Below, in pieces: positions 51,972 through 61,533 of a DNA stretch of 64,000 bases. The stretch spans positions 8,858 through 72,857 of the forward strand of contig JAGXNS010000002.1 of assembly GCA_019894855.1 (NCBI GenBank), in the 5' to 3' direction. The notes under the pieces are model-generated. The model had not been told where the DNA came from. It did not search any database and saw nothing but the letters and a program-made list of their open reading frames with translations. Source of the DNA: Promethearchaeota archaeon. GTDB taxonomy: Archaea > Asgardarchaeota > Lokiarchaeia > Sigyniarchaeales > SOKP01. Positions within the stretch are counted from its first letter, which is position 1. Every line of letters starts with the position of its first letter. Made by a program: the position numbers and the translations under genes.

Positions 51972-52178
51972 TTAAATTAAGTTGATAGCGATTTTCATAT
52001 CAGCTTGAGTTACTTTCTTACGACCAGAGTGTTTTGCGATATCTAAAGCACAGCCAGTTAATGTTTTTGCATATTCTTCTAAATAGTCCATTAACTTATC
52101 AACAGCAGCTCTACTTACGATTTCTGCTCCAGCCTTTTTCATTAAAGCCCGTAAAGGACTCCATGCGAATGCAGCCAT
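51972..52178 (-). CDS. Archaeal histone
   Basis: Histone fold: P.R.LMKKAGA..VS..A, AKHSGRKKV...D; GGAGG SD. Confidence 0.93.
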   Translation of the reverse strand: MAAFAWSPLRALMKKAGAEIVSRAAVDKLMDYLEEYAKTLTGCALDIAKHSGRKKVTQADMKIAINLI

Positions 52179-52581
52179 TTTTTTATTCCTCCACTAATTT
52201 AAAATTTTTTAAAATTTTGTTATAAATTTATATTGGTATTATATTTAAATTGGAATTACTTATATTTAAATGTGTTGGTTGGTCATTGTTTATTCGATTA
52301 ATTATATCACCCAATTCTGGTCGACAAAAAAAATACTTGTTGATAAAAAATATTTTTTTTACTAGCAATATCAGATCAATAGATCTGATCAAATATTGAG
52401 TTCGAATGATAAGGTTGATCAGTCATTCAATGCTAATATAAGACTAGTTGGTAAAATTCATAAACCAACGAGCTAGTAACTAACTTGTAAATAAGATTTA
52501 ATTATATCGAAATTTCTTAGTTTTGACTTTTTCTCATTTACAGGAGAGTTATTCAATTTTTTCAGTAAAATAGGTCAAGAT

Positions 52582-53484
52582 TTATTGATCTATCTTTATT
52601 TGTTCAAGTTTAGCTTGCCGTTTAGTGAGTAAAAAAGAACTACTTATAATGAGAATAAATCCAATTATCAAATAGATTACTGAAAGAATATTAGATGGCG
52701 TCGATAGAAATACAATAAAAAAAGCAAATACGGGTATTGTCTGAATCGGGACGCTTGTCAATGGGATCAAAATATTAGCTTGACCATATTTAAGCGAGAT
52801 TTGTCCTATAGTGATTCCAATAGCTACAATTAGGAGTAGGATTATGCCAATTATAATTCCAAATATTATTTCTTCTTCAATTATAATTCCATCAACCACA
52901 TGAGTCACAACTGTAGTTCCCGGACTTGCCCAAACTGTATTCAGAGAGAGAATCAAACCCGCCTCGATTGCCATTAATAAACCTTTAAACTTTTTGTGTT
53001 TTCGACGTAAAACTTCAAACAAAATTGCTAAAGAAAGAACAACAATCGTGAACAAAATAATTCTAAAAATAAAATCATAATCAAGGATAATAAATGTAGA
53101 AACATCAATTGATAATTGGCTTAAGCCAAGTAGAGTAACGCCAATAATCATTAAGATTATACCAAAAATCTCCACTTTTCCTAATGTTTCTTTCAAAATT
53201 TTAACAGAACCTAACGCAAGAACAATTAATCCTACAGACATTAGACCTGGAACCAAGGCAGGTCCTATGAAAATAATCGCTATAAAGTAAAAAACAAGCC
53301 CTCCAATAACAATTTGTAATAGAAGCCCCATGAACCATTTTGGGCTTTTAACAAGACTTCTGATAAACTTTGGGTCATTAGAGTGTTTATTAATAACAGA
53401 CTTTTGAATAAGAGCTCCAATATAGACCACAATTCCCGCTAGGAGTGCGAAAATAATTCCTATAAAATAAGTTAAATCAGACAT
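52582..53484 (-). CDS. DMT-superfamily (NIPA/EamA-like) membrane protein
   Basis: About 9 TM; G..IQK, W..G, GP..V. Confidence 0.65.
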   Translation of the reverse strand: MSDLTYFIGIIFALLAGIVVYIGALIQKSVINKHSNDPKFIRSLVKSPKWFMGLLLQIVIGGLVFYFIAIIFIGPALVPGLMSVGLIVLALGSVKILKETLGKVEIFGIILMIIGVTLLGLSQLSIDVSTFIILDYDFIFRIILFTIVVLSLAILFEVLRRKHKKFKGLLMAIEAGLILSLNTVWASPGTTVVTHVVDGIIIEEEIIFGIIIGIILLLIVAIGITIGQISLKYGQANILIPLTSVPIQTIPVFAFFIVFLSTPSNILSVIYLIIGFILIISSSFLLTKRQAKLEQIKIDQ

Positions 53485-53581
53485 GTTTTATTTTCACTTT
53501 ATGGATTGAATAATTAAAATATTTTATTTTCTATTCTTAATTATTTTTTCTATATTTTTTTAAAAACGCAGTCTTTTAAAG

Positions 53582-55558
53582 ATGACTTATAACACTAATA
53601 AACGACCTTTCAATAAGCTCAAGCCCGTTTCGTTTGTAAATGTTAATATTAACGATAGTTTTTGGTCAAAGAGACAAAAGATCAATCGAGAAATATCAAT
53701 TCACCATCAACATCAAATGTTAGAGGGGGATTTTCACATAGATAATTTTAGAGTTGCTTCAGGTCTTAAAAAAGGAGTTCAAATAGGAGAATTCTACTTT
53801 GATTCGGATTTATATAAATGGCTTGAAGCAGCATGTTACATCATTAATATTTATAGTGATCCTGGCCTGGAAGTAAAAGTGAATGAGGTTGTTGATTTAA
53901 TAAAGAAATCTCAAACTAATGATGGATATGTTAATACATTCTATTCAACCAGATTTATAGAAAAAAGGTTTACAAATATATACCTAATGCATGAATTGTA
54001 TTGTGCGGGTCATTTGATCCAAGCAGCTATCGCCCACCATCATGCTACTAAAAGCCAAGTAATGATAAATGTAGCCATTAAGTTTGCAAATTTGCTAGTA
54101 TCTCTTTATTTGGGAGGAAAAAGGAAGGGCGTTCCCGGTCACGAAGAAATCGAAATGGCTTTAATCGCGTTGTATAGAATCACTGAGAACTCAAATTACT
54201 TAAAATTAGCGGAAGAATTTATTAACCGAAGAGGAAATGTTTCGAACTTTAAAACATATGTTGCTAATCAGTACTTTAACATGCGCTCTATCTTAGGAAT
54301 AGCAAAGAAGAGAAATAAAGAATTTTTATTGTCAGTAGGAAGAGAAAATATTATTAAAGAACAGGAGAGCGAAGTATCAGAATGGGCTACGAATCTTACA
54401 CTAAAAAGTCAATTAATATTCTTCAAAGAAAACTTGATCGGGGCCTATATTCAATCAAATGTTCCAGTAAGAGAAATTTTCGAACCAGTTGGCCACGCTG
54501 TTAGAGTGATGTATTTATTTTGTGGGATGGCCGATCTATATTCTGAAATAGGAGACAAAACTTTATTAAAAGCCCTTCGTAGGGTATGGTTGAAAATGGT
54601 TAAAGCCAGAATGTATATTACTGGTGGGACTGGATCTGAAAAATGCACAGAAGGTTTTAAAAAAGATTTTGCTTTAAAGAATGAAGATTCTTATTCTGAA
54701 ACTTGTGCCGCTATCGGGAACATGATGTGGAACTTGCGAATGCTCCAAATAACCGGCAACTGTAAATATGCAGATTTGATAGAAAGGGTGTTATATAACG
54801 CGATGTTGGTAGGCCAATCCATCAATGGTAAAGAATACACATACAATAATCCGTTAATTTCTTATGCTAAGGATAAAAGAAGCGAATGGTTTAGATGTGC
54901 CTGTTGTCCTCCTAATGTAGCTCGAACCATTGCTTCTTTAGGCGATTATATCTACAGCACTTCGGAAGAAGGAATTTGGATTCACCAGTACATTGGAAAT
55001 AAAGCAAATATTGAATTGAGTTCAAATGTGGTCAAAATTATCCAAAAAAGTGAACTCCCTTGGAAAGGGGAGATTACCATTAAACTTGAATTGTCTAAAA
55101 GCCAAAAGTTTTCTTTATTCCTTAGAATTCCAGATTGGAGTTATGGCACGGACATTAATATTAATGGCCAAAGACACTCAAATATAATAAATAATGGAAA
55201 ATACCATAAAATTTTTAGAAAATGGTTAGATAATGACGAAATTGATTTAACTTTTAACATGATACCTACTTTTGTTGAAAGTGATCCGAGAATCAAAGGA
55301 AACAGAAAACGAGTAGCTATATCTAATGGGCCTTTAATCTATTGTCTTGAGCAAAAAGATAATAAAAAAAGTGATATTTTTAATATTGTTATCTCTAAAA
55401 ATCAGGATTTACGTGTTATGTTCGAAACAGAATTGTTAGGGGGTGTCAATCTCATTGCCGGAACAACTAACAATGCCAGTAAATTTACTGCAATTCCGTA
55501 TTTTGCATGGAATAATAGAGGTGCTAATAATATGCAAGTTTGGCATCTAGCAATTTGA
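53582..55558 (+). CDS. GH127 glycoside hydrolase (beta-L-arabinofuranosidase-like)
   Basis: DSDLYKWLEA, HELYCAGH, GHAVR, YSETCA, CACCPPN. Confidence 0.92.
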   Translation: MTYNTNKRPFNKLKPVSFVNVNINDSFWSKRQKINREISIHHQHQMLEGDFHIDNFRVASGLKKGVQIGEFYFDSDLYKWLEAACYIINIYSDPGLEVKVNEVVDLIKKSQTNDGYVNTFYSTRFIEKRFTNIYLMHELYCAGHLIQAAIAHHHATKSQVMINVAIKFANLLVSLYLGGKRKGVPGHEEIEMALIALYRITENSNYLKLAEEFINRRGNVSNFKTYVANQYFNMRSILGIAKKRNKEFLLSVGRENIIKEQESEVSEWATNLTLKSQLIFFKENLIGAYIQSNVPVREIFEPVGHAVRVMYLFCGMADLYSEIGDKTLLKALRRVWLKMVKARMYITGGTGSEKCTEGFKKDFALKNEDSYSETCAAIGNMMWNLRMLQITGNCKYADLIERVLYNAMLVGQSINGKEYTYNNPLISYAKDKRSEWFRCACCPPNVARTIASLGDYIYSTSEEGIWIHQYIGNKANIELSSNVVKIIQKSELPWKGEITIKLELSKSQKFSLFLRIPDWSYGTDININGQRHSNIINNGKYHKIFRKWLDNDEIDLTFNMIPTFVESDPRIKGNRKRVAISNGPLIYCLEQKDNKKSDIFNIVISKNQDLRVMFETELLGGVNLIAGTTNNASKFTAIPYFAWNNRGANNMQVWHLAI

Positions 55559-55624
55559 TTAGTTTCAATTCTTTCTTCATGAAAAAATGTTAACAAAGAT
55601 TCAAAAAAATTTTTCCGTTATAAA

Positions 55625-56149
55625 CTAGGGTTTATATTTTTCAAAAAGAGTCTCAGTTATCACATCAAATGACTTCTCAACATTTTGACCCGTCTTAGAA
55701 GACAATTCTATAAATGTAGATAAATTATATTTTTTAGCAGCTAAAATCCCTTCCTCTCTTGTAACAGCTCGGAATTCCTTTAAATCTACTTTAGAACCAA
55801 TTAGCATGATGGGGATATCTCCAGCATGTTCTCGGATGATTTGAGTCCAATCAGGTAAATGGTCCAAAGACAGCCTATTAGTAATGTCATATAAGAAGAA
55901 GGCAGCGTTAGCTCCTTTACAGTATTGATGTAAGAGAAATCTAAATCTTTCTTCGCCACCAAAATCCCAAATTTGTAGTTTTACTTTTTTCTCTCTATGG
56001 GTTGTAGTTTTTGAATAAAAGTCTACTCCAATCGTGAGTTTCAAATCTTGTAGGAAAAAGCCCGAAATATACCTTAATGTTAAGGAAGTCTTCCCAACAG
56101 CCGCATCCCCCAACATCATTATTTTCCAAGTGTAATCGTAGCTTGCCAA
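55625..56149 (-). CDS. Rab-like small GTPase
   Basis: GDAAVGKT, TIGVDF, IWDFGGEERFR, SKVDL, SSK. Confidence 0.92.
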   Translation of the reverse strand: MASYDYTWKIMMLGDAAVGKTSLTLRYISGFFLQDLKLTIGVDFYSKTTTHREKKVKLQIWDFGGEERFRFLLHQYCKGANAAFFLYDITNRLSLDHLPDWTQIIREHAGDIPIMLIGSKVDLKEFRAVTREEGILAAKKYNLSTFIELSSKTGQNVEKSFDVITETLFEKYKP

Positions 56150-56316
56150 AATTCTTTACCTTATTGATAAATAGTACTAATTATTTTTCTGTACTCCAAT
56201 ATTTAATATTGATAGGTTTGACTTAATTATATTTATCTTTGTAAGATTTTTTAAATGTATGTTTTTATTTATTTTTCAATACTTTTAAACCTTCTATCGC
56301 AACGAACCTCTTTTCC

Positions 56317-56964
56317 TCAAAATATTAGAAGTAATATGTTTAAACTAGAATGAGCAATAGAGCTTGGGAGAAGAGAGCCTTTAAACGCGACGAAAACTAA
56401 AGATAATAAAATTCCAAAAGTGAAGTAATAACCAAAAAAAGTTATGATTGTAGTCAAAGGTACGAGGAAAGGAGGAACATGATATAGTGTGAACAAAAAT
56501 GAAGAAAGAATGATAGCGTAGATTAACTTTACTTTGCTTTTGTTGATGACAAACCCTCTAAAAAACGCCTCTTCGCAGGGACCAATAATGATGATTTGAA
56601 TCGCTATAAGAATTGATAATTGAATAAAATTGGGATTCACAGGTGAGGTAGAAATCGCGTTACCTATGCCATCTTCAATAAGCTGTGCTCCAAACAGATT
56701 TTGAATTATAAATCTCATATAAAAAGTTAACAATAATTCACTAATGAAGAAGAATATAAATCCTAGTAATATTCCCGCACAAACCTTTAATACGATATTC
56801 TTGAGTTTTGGATTTTTTTCAATAAAACCAAGTTCTTTAACTTCTACGATAAAAGGTTTTTTTTCTATTTTTGCGGCAATTAATGAAGGAACAAGAACGA
56901 ACAAAATTTCAGCAAATGAGATTAATATCAATATATTCGGATCTTTTCCTAAATTGATAGCCAT
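56317..56964 (-). CDS. CPBP (Abi/CAAX type II) intramembrane metalloprotease
   Basis: EEAFFRG, F...H, H...N motifs; multi-TM. Confidence 0.88.
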   Translation of the reverse strand: MAINLGKDPNILILISFAEILFVLVPSLIAAKIEKKPFIVEVKELGFIEKNPKLKNIVLKVCAGILLGFIFFFISELLLTFYMRFIIQNLFGAQLIEDGIGNAISTSPVNPNFIQLSILIAIQIIIIGPCEEAFFRGFVINKSKVKLIYAIILSSFLFTLYHVPPFLVPLTTIITFFGYYFTFGILLSLVFVAFKGSLLPSSIAHSSLNILLLIF

Positions 56965-57053
56965 TTTTAAAGTGATTATCTACTGATTCTAAATTAAAAT
57001 TTATTAATTTTAATCTCTCTTCATTATTATAATTACCTCTCTTCATTCAAATC

Positions 57054-58337
57054 TTGATGACAGTTAGAAATAATACGTCAAATCAGAGGAACACAAATCT
57101 TAATTCTAGTTTCTTTAACTCAACTAACTCTGTTGACTCCGGTTTTACCAAAGAACAGATTTTACTAACCAATTTAAAAAATCTCGCCGAAGAATATATT
57201 GGAATCGAACGAATGAAAAAAAAATTTGTAGAAATACTTTTAGGTAATCTTGAAAGTCTGAATTTTGAAGAATTATTAAAATATCCAAATTATGATATTA
57301 AAGAAAATTTTATTAGAAAGCCAACTTCGGCATCTAACATAAGAGGATTAAACATAGTAAGTGTTGATGGGAGTTCTGTTGTAAAAAAATTCATGAATGT
57401 AGATTTTTCTTTCTTAAAAGCTATTGCTGTGATGTATTATTTTTACGAAAACCAATCATCTCGAATTGAGTACTTTCCAGATTTAACAGGGTTTAATAAT
57501 TATAATATCCAAGGAAATTATTTGAATCGGAAGGAAAATGCGGTAGAAGCTAAAACTTCTATGGAGATGACTTTTATGGAAATTAATCTTTTAAATAAAT
57601 TAATCGAGAAGAAGAGCGAAATAGATTTAATTATTTTAGATGGGTCAGTAGTAATAATGCCTATAAATCTGATATTTACTAAAGATTCAGAAATTTCTAA
57701 GAGATATGATAAATTGTTAAAGGAATATCAAAAATTATATTCTACTTGCATTGAGAAGGGAATAATATTGATTGGTTCGATAAAAGATACGCGGACTTCA
57801 GCGTTAACCAATCTTTTAAGAAGTACCATACAGATGTTAAAACCGAATGTTTCGAATCTATCTGATTTCATAAAAATTAATTATCGTCAGATTTTAGATT
57901 ACTTTTCTGATTTAGATTTATACAATAGAGTATTGCGGAAAACAGAGAGAAGTTGTATTTTCAATTGTAAAAAAGAAGTAGACAAAATAAGGGATACCGG
58001 GATAAAAAAAGAAATTCCATACTATTTTCCTTTTAATTTTTATGCTTTCTATTTAAAAACTGCGGCTTACGATACGCCATGCAGAATTGAGTTTTTTATG
58101 AGTGAAAATTGCGATTTTAAAGAAGCTTCTGAAAGAGCTGATTTAATATCTTCAATCCTCCTACCAATCTCAAGCCATAATGAATCTTACGGATTACCAA
58201 TACCGCAAATCGAAGCACATATAAGAGCAGTATTTAAACCTCAAGAGATCGATCTACTGTTTAATAGTTTATCTAGAACATTAAAAGTTCATGGAATTTC
58301 TTTGTTAGAAAAGCGGAGGACGAGGAGACCTTTTTAA
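57054..58337 (+). CDS. nurA: NurA-domain nuclease
   Basis: VSVDGS, LDGS, YGLP.PQIEAH..A motifs. Confidence 0.8.
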   Translation: MMTVRNNTSNQRNTNLNSSFFNSTNSVDSGFTKEQILLTNLKNLAEEYIGIERMKKKFVEILLGNLESLNFEELLKYPNYDIKENFIRKPTSASNIRGLNIVSVDGSSVVKKFMNVDFSFLKAIAVMYYFYENQSSRIEYFPDLTGFNNYNIQGNYLNRKENAVEAKTSMEMTFMEINLLNKLIEKKSEIDLIILDGSVVIMPINLIFTKDSEISKRYDKLLKEYQKLYSTCIEKGIILIGSIKDTRTSALTNLLRSTIQMLKPNVSNLSDFIKINYRQILDYFSDLDLYNRVLRKTERSCIFNCKKEVDKIRDTGIKKEIPYYFPFNFYAFYLKTAAYDTPCRIEFFMSENCDFKEASERADLISSILLPISSHNESYGLPIPQIEAHIRAVFKPQEIDLLFNSLSRTLKVHGISLLEKRRTRRPF

Positions 58338-58343
58338 TAAACT

Positions 58344-59033
58344 TTAAAGTTCTTCCAATCGATTCAATATTATATCTTCGAAAAATATATGTCTTTTATT
58401 CAAAATTCTATTCTGAAATCCTCGTATTTCAAGTTCATCGTTTAATTGACTTAAATCTGTTGAACTTGAACTGATATAATAGATATAATATTTTTGTTCT
58501 GAATTTAAAAAATCTTTCACTTTCGTTATAAATTCAAGGAGTACTTCAAATCCTCGCTCTCCTCCATCCCAATTGGAATCGTTACCATTACGAATGAGAT
58601 TATTTTCTTTGTAACTAATAGATGCTAAATAGGGAGGGTTAAAAACAATAATGTCAAACGAGTGTTGAAGAGTTGACGGAAATTTTCTAAATAAATCAGA
58701 CTTGATAAAAGTTATGTTATCTTTGTAATTATTTTTTCTCTCATTTAATGTAGCACATCTGATAGCTACATCTGATATATCTGATGCATATATTTTAGAT
58801 GTGAACTTCGAGATGTATTTTTTAATCCCTTGAAGGAATAGAGCAATTATCCCAGTTCCAGTTCCCATATCTAAAATCTTTTTAACATTATTGATTGGTA
58901 AGCCATCAAAGAAATTTTCGTTAACATTTTTTTTAAAATAATCAATAATTAAATATGTATCATCGGAAGGGGGATAGACCCCTTTAAAAGTAGAATGAAT
59001 AATTGGATCTGGAAAAAAGTTAATATTTTTCAC
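58344..59033 (-). CDS. HemK2/aPrmC-like methyltransferase
   Basis: VYPPSDDTYL, LDMGTGTG, FNPPYL, WDGG..G. Confidence 0.88.
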   Translation of the reverse strand: MKNINFFPDPIIHSTFKGVYPPSDDTYLIIDYFKKNVNENFFDGLPINNVKKILDMGTGTGIIALFLQGIKKYISKFTSKIYASDISDVAIRCATLNERKNNYKDNITFIKSDLFRKFPSTLQHSFDIIVFNPPYLASISYKENNLIRNGNDSNWDGGERGFEVLLEFITKVKDFLNSEQKYYIYYISSSSTDLSQLNDELEIRGFQNRILNKRHIFFEDIILNRLEEL

Positions 59034-59046
59034 CGTTTGAAAAGAT

Positions 59047-59904
59047 TTAATTGTTTATGAATCTAAAAAATTTCCTACTTAATTCAACGATTTCATCCAC
59101 ACTAAAGTGAGCTAGCTTATTGTTTTTTATTTGATTTTCATTTAAAAAACCTAGGATATGTTGCTTTGAGGCGGTAAAAAAAATTTCATTTTTTAAGAAA
59201 TAATTTATGGCATTTGCTATGTTTTTATTTTTGTAGGGCATTATTCCAGCAACAAACTTTAAGAAGAAAATCCTACCATCATCTGATAACAACAGTTGAT
59301 CGATTTTCGCTCTAGGCTCGACAATAACTAAAGCTAATTCAATTTTAGGAGTGGGGAAAAAATCAAATCTAGAAATCTTAAATTTTCTCACTGGTTTCAT
59401 GAAAGCATTAAAAGTAACAGTTATTCTTGAAAAAGATTTATAACTTTTTTTATTAAAAAGTCTTTCCGCAATACTATTTTCAATTATTAAAGCACCACGA
59501 GGAGGCTGTGAGTTATAAAAAACCTTTTCAAATATAGGACCTGTAATAGAATAGGGTATATTTGAAACTATAATATCGTGCGAAGGAATTTTAGCTTCTA
59601 GAATATCCTCGTTAAAAAGCATCAAATTTTCAAAGTTGGAAAATTTATTAGAAAGATAAGAAAACAAAATAGAATCTATTTCATAAGCATAGATTTGGTT
59701 TGATTTTTTGACCAAACCTTCAGTCAGTGCTCCTAAACCGGGTCCTATTTCTAAAATTGATTGCGTTATTTCAATGTTTGATTCTAAGATTGTTTTAGAA
59801 ACGGTATTTTTATTAATGAGGAAGTTTTGACCTAGATTTTTGTTTGGTCTAACCCCTAATTGTTTTAAGATAAGTAGAACTTCGCTTTTATTCATATCAT
59901 TCAT
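59047..59904 (-). CDS. ksgA: 16S rRNA dimethyladenosine transferase KsgA/Dim1
   Basis: LGQNFL, EIGPGLGALT, SNIPYSIT. Confidence 0.94.
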   Translation of the reverse strand: MNDMNKSEVLLILKQLGVRPNKNLGQNFLINKNTVSKTILESNIEITQSILEIGPGLGALTEGLVKKSNQIYAYEIDSILFSYLSNKFSNFENLMLFNEDILEAKIPSHDIIVSNIPYSITGPIFEKVFYNSQPPRGALIIENSIAERLFNKKSYKSFSRITVTFNAFMKPVRKFKISRFDFFPTPKIELALVIVEPRAKIDQLLLSDDGRIFFLKFVAGIMPYKNKNIANAINYFLKNEIFFTASKQHILGFLNENQIKNNKLAHFSVDEIVELSRKFFRFINN

Positions 59905-60557
59905 TCGTATTTTTGAGTCTTCGAGAACAAGTAGTACTTTATTCCCTCACGTTGCAGTTCTTTTATAATTCTTAAAGCAAGTTGTTTTGCTGGATGCGAT
60001 AAGCTCGTCCGATCAGATATATCTTGAAAAGTAGTGAATTTTTGCCTTTGTCTAGATTCTAGTATATCCCACATATGTTTCTGTCCTATTCCAGGCAATA
60101 ATTTAAGAGCATGCATTCGGGGAGTTATGGAAGTGGAGTTATTAAAGAAGTTTATGAATTCCTCCTCATAATTTAATATCTCTTTTTCAAGTATAGGCTG
60201 AATTAGGGCTTTTGATGTATTTGTAAGGTCTTGATAATTAATTTTTTTTAAAACTTCCCTCAACTTATTTTGTTGCTGAAAGCCCTCATACAATCCTTTT
60301 TCTTGTATCTTTATATCTGAATCTCTATTGCATTTAACTTCATATAATACAAAATCTGGAAAAGTAAGCACTTGTGCAATTGGAGTTTTTGACCAGCTTG
60401 GTTTATCTTCTTCAGGATGACCATGGAGTAATAAATCTAAGACGACAAGTTCTCGAAACTTCTTGATGAATTGTTTCTTTTTTCTTGGGTCTCTTCTTTG
60501 ATATCTTGGTCTTTGAGGAGGCCTTCTGTATCGATCCCGATCCCGATTCCTGTCCAT
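59901..60557 (-). CDS. DUF655-family putative RNA-binding protein
   Basis: FFN....IT.RMH.L.LLPGIG.K; rpoF-DUF655-ksgA synteny. Confidence 0.9.
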   Translation of the reverse strand: MDRNRDRDRYRRPPQRPRYQRRDPRKKKQFIKKFRELVVLDLLLHGHPEEDKPSWSKTPIAQVLTFPDFVLYEVKCNRDSDIKIQEKGLYEGFQQQNKLREVLKKINYQDLTNTSKALIQPILEKEILNYEEEFINFFNNSTSITPRMHALKLLPGIGQKHMWDILESRQRQKFTTFQDISDRTSLSHPAKQLALRIIKELQREGIKYYLFSKTQKYE

Positions 60558-60721
60558 ACCAACCACTCTTATAATTATTTCCTATTCTGAAGTGCATAAG
60601 ATATTATTTTTAATATATTCCTTTTTTAACAAGGATTGCTCATTAAAATTTAAAACAATAAGAATTTATAAATTCTTCGTTGTTTAATACGCTTTTAAAA
60701 AAATATATGGCATATTTATTT

Positions 60722-61087
60722 TTAAGAAGATTTAAGTTCTTCTATTTGCGCTATAAGATCTTGTAATTGTTCATCGTTTAACGATTTTCCAGTAAAGCTT
60801 TTCTCTAAGAGCATTCTAAGTTCTGGAACTGTGTGTGGATCAATGTTTACAATGGTTATTGCGTAATTTTCTTCGATTTCGTATTTTTCAATTAACAATT
60901 TCTGAACTTTTATCGCATCTTTTTCACTCATTTTAGCAAATTTGTTAACATAATTATAAGTAATTTCTTGAAAGTGAGATAAACCTTCTTCACTGTCAAT
61001 TTTTTCGATTTTCTCCTTGACAGCTTCCATAATTTTTTTTACTTCTGGTATAGAAACAGTTTTTTCATTAATTTTTCGTCCAGACAT
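60722..61087 (-). CDS. rpoF: RNA polymerase subunit F (Rpo4)
   Basis: Y..KFAK, IVNI.P.T..ELR; synteny with rpl21e. Confidence 0.88.
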   Translation of the reverse strand: MSGRKINEKTVSIPEVKKIMEAVKEKIEKIDSEEGLSHFQEITYNYVNKFAKMSEKDAIKVQKLLIEKYEIEENYAITIVNIDPHTVPELRMLLEKSFTGKSLNDEQLQDLIAQIEELKSS

Positions 61088-61119
61088 ATATTTTTTCTCC
61101 CCTTAAATTGATAAATGCG

Positions 61120-61425
61120 TTATTTGGCTGAACCTTTATTAGAACGTAAGTGTTCTTTGCCAATGATAAGAAGTTTCTTTGAATTGCCTAATTTAACTTC
61201 AACTTCGTAGCACCTTCCTCTTACACCCTTAACAGTTCCGGTTTTTCCATGATATCTCCTGTGAGGAAATCCTCTTTTATGCTGAGAAGAATCAGTAATA
61301 ACATCTACTTTGTCATTTATTTCATAATCAATTAAATATTTCTCAATGGATCCTAAACCTCGGTCTCTTACATTTTTTCGGTGTCTTTGGCGAGATTTGT
61401 TCCGGTAACCTTTATGTAATGTCAA
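61120..61425 (-). CDS. rpl21e: 50S ribosomal protein eL21
   Basis: GYR.KSR, PHRRYHGKTG.V, EHL; TTG start. Confidence 0.95.
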   Translation of the reverse strand: MTLHKGYRNKSRQRHRKNVRDRGLGSIEKYLIDYEINDKVDVITDSSQHKRGFPHRRYHGKTGTVKGVRGRCYEVEVKLGNSKKLLIIGKEHLRSNKGSAK

Positions 61426-61533
61426 ATTAATACCCTAAACTATTTTGAATTGTATTGATAAATATAATCAATATTTGAAAAAATATGAAACATAATTTAT
61501 TTATTTTTTGATTTCACTTCTTTAACAAGAGAA

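Noticed and set aside
53582-55558. GH127 as part of a mobile island
   Set aside because: No flanking repeats or mobility genes; composition similar to neighbours
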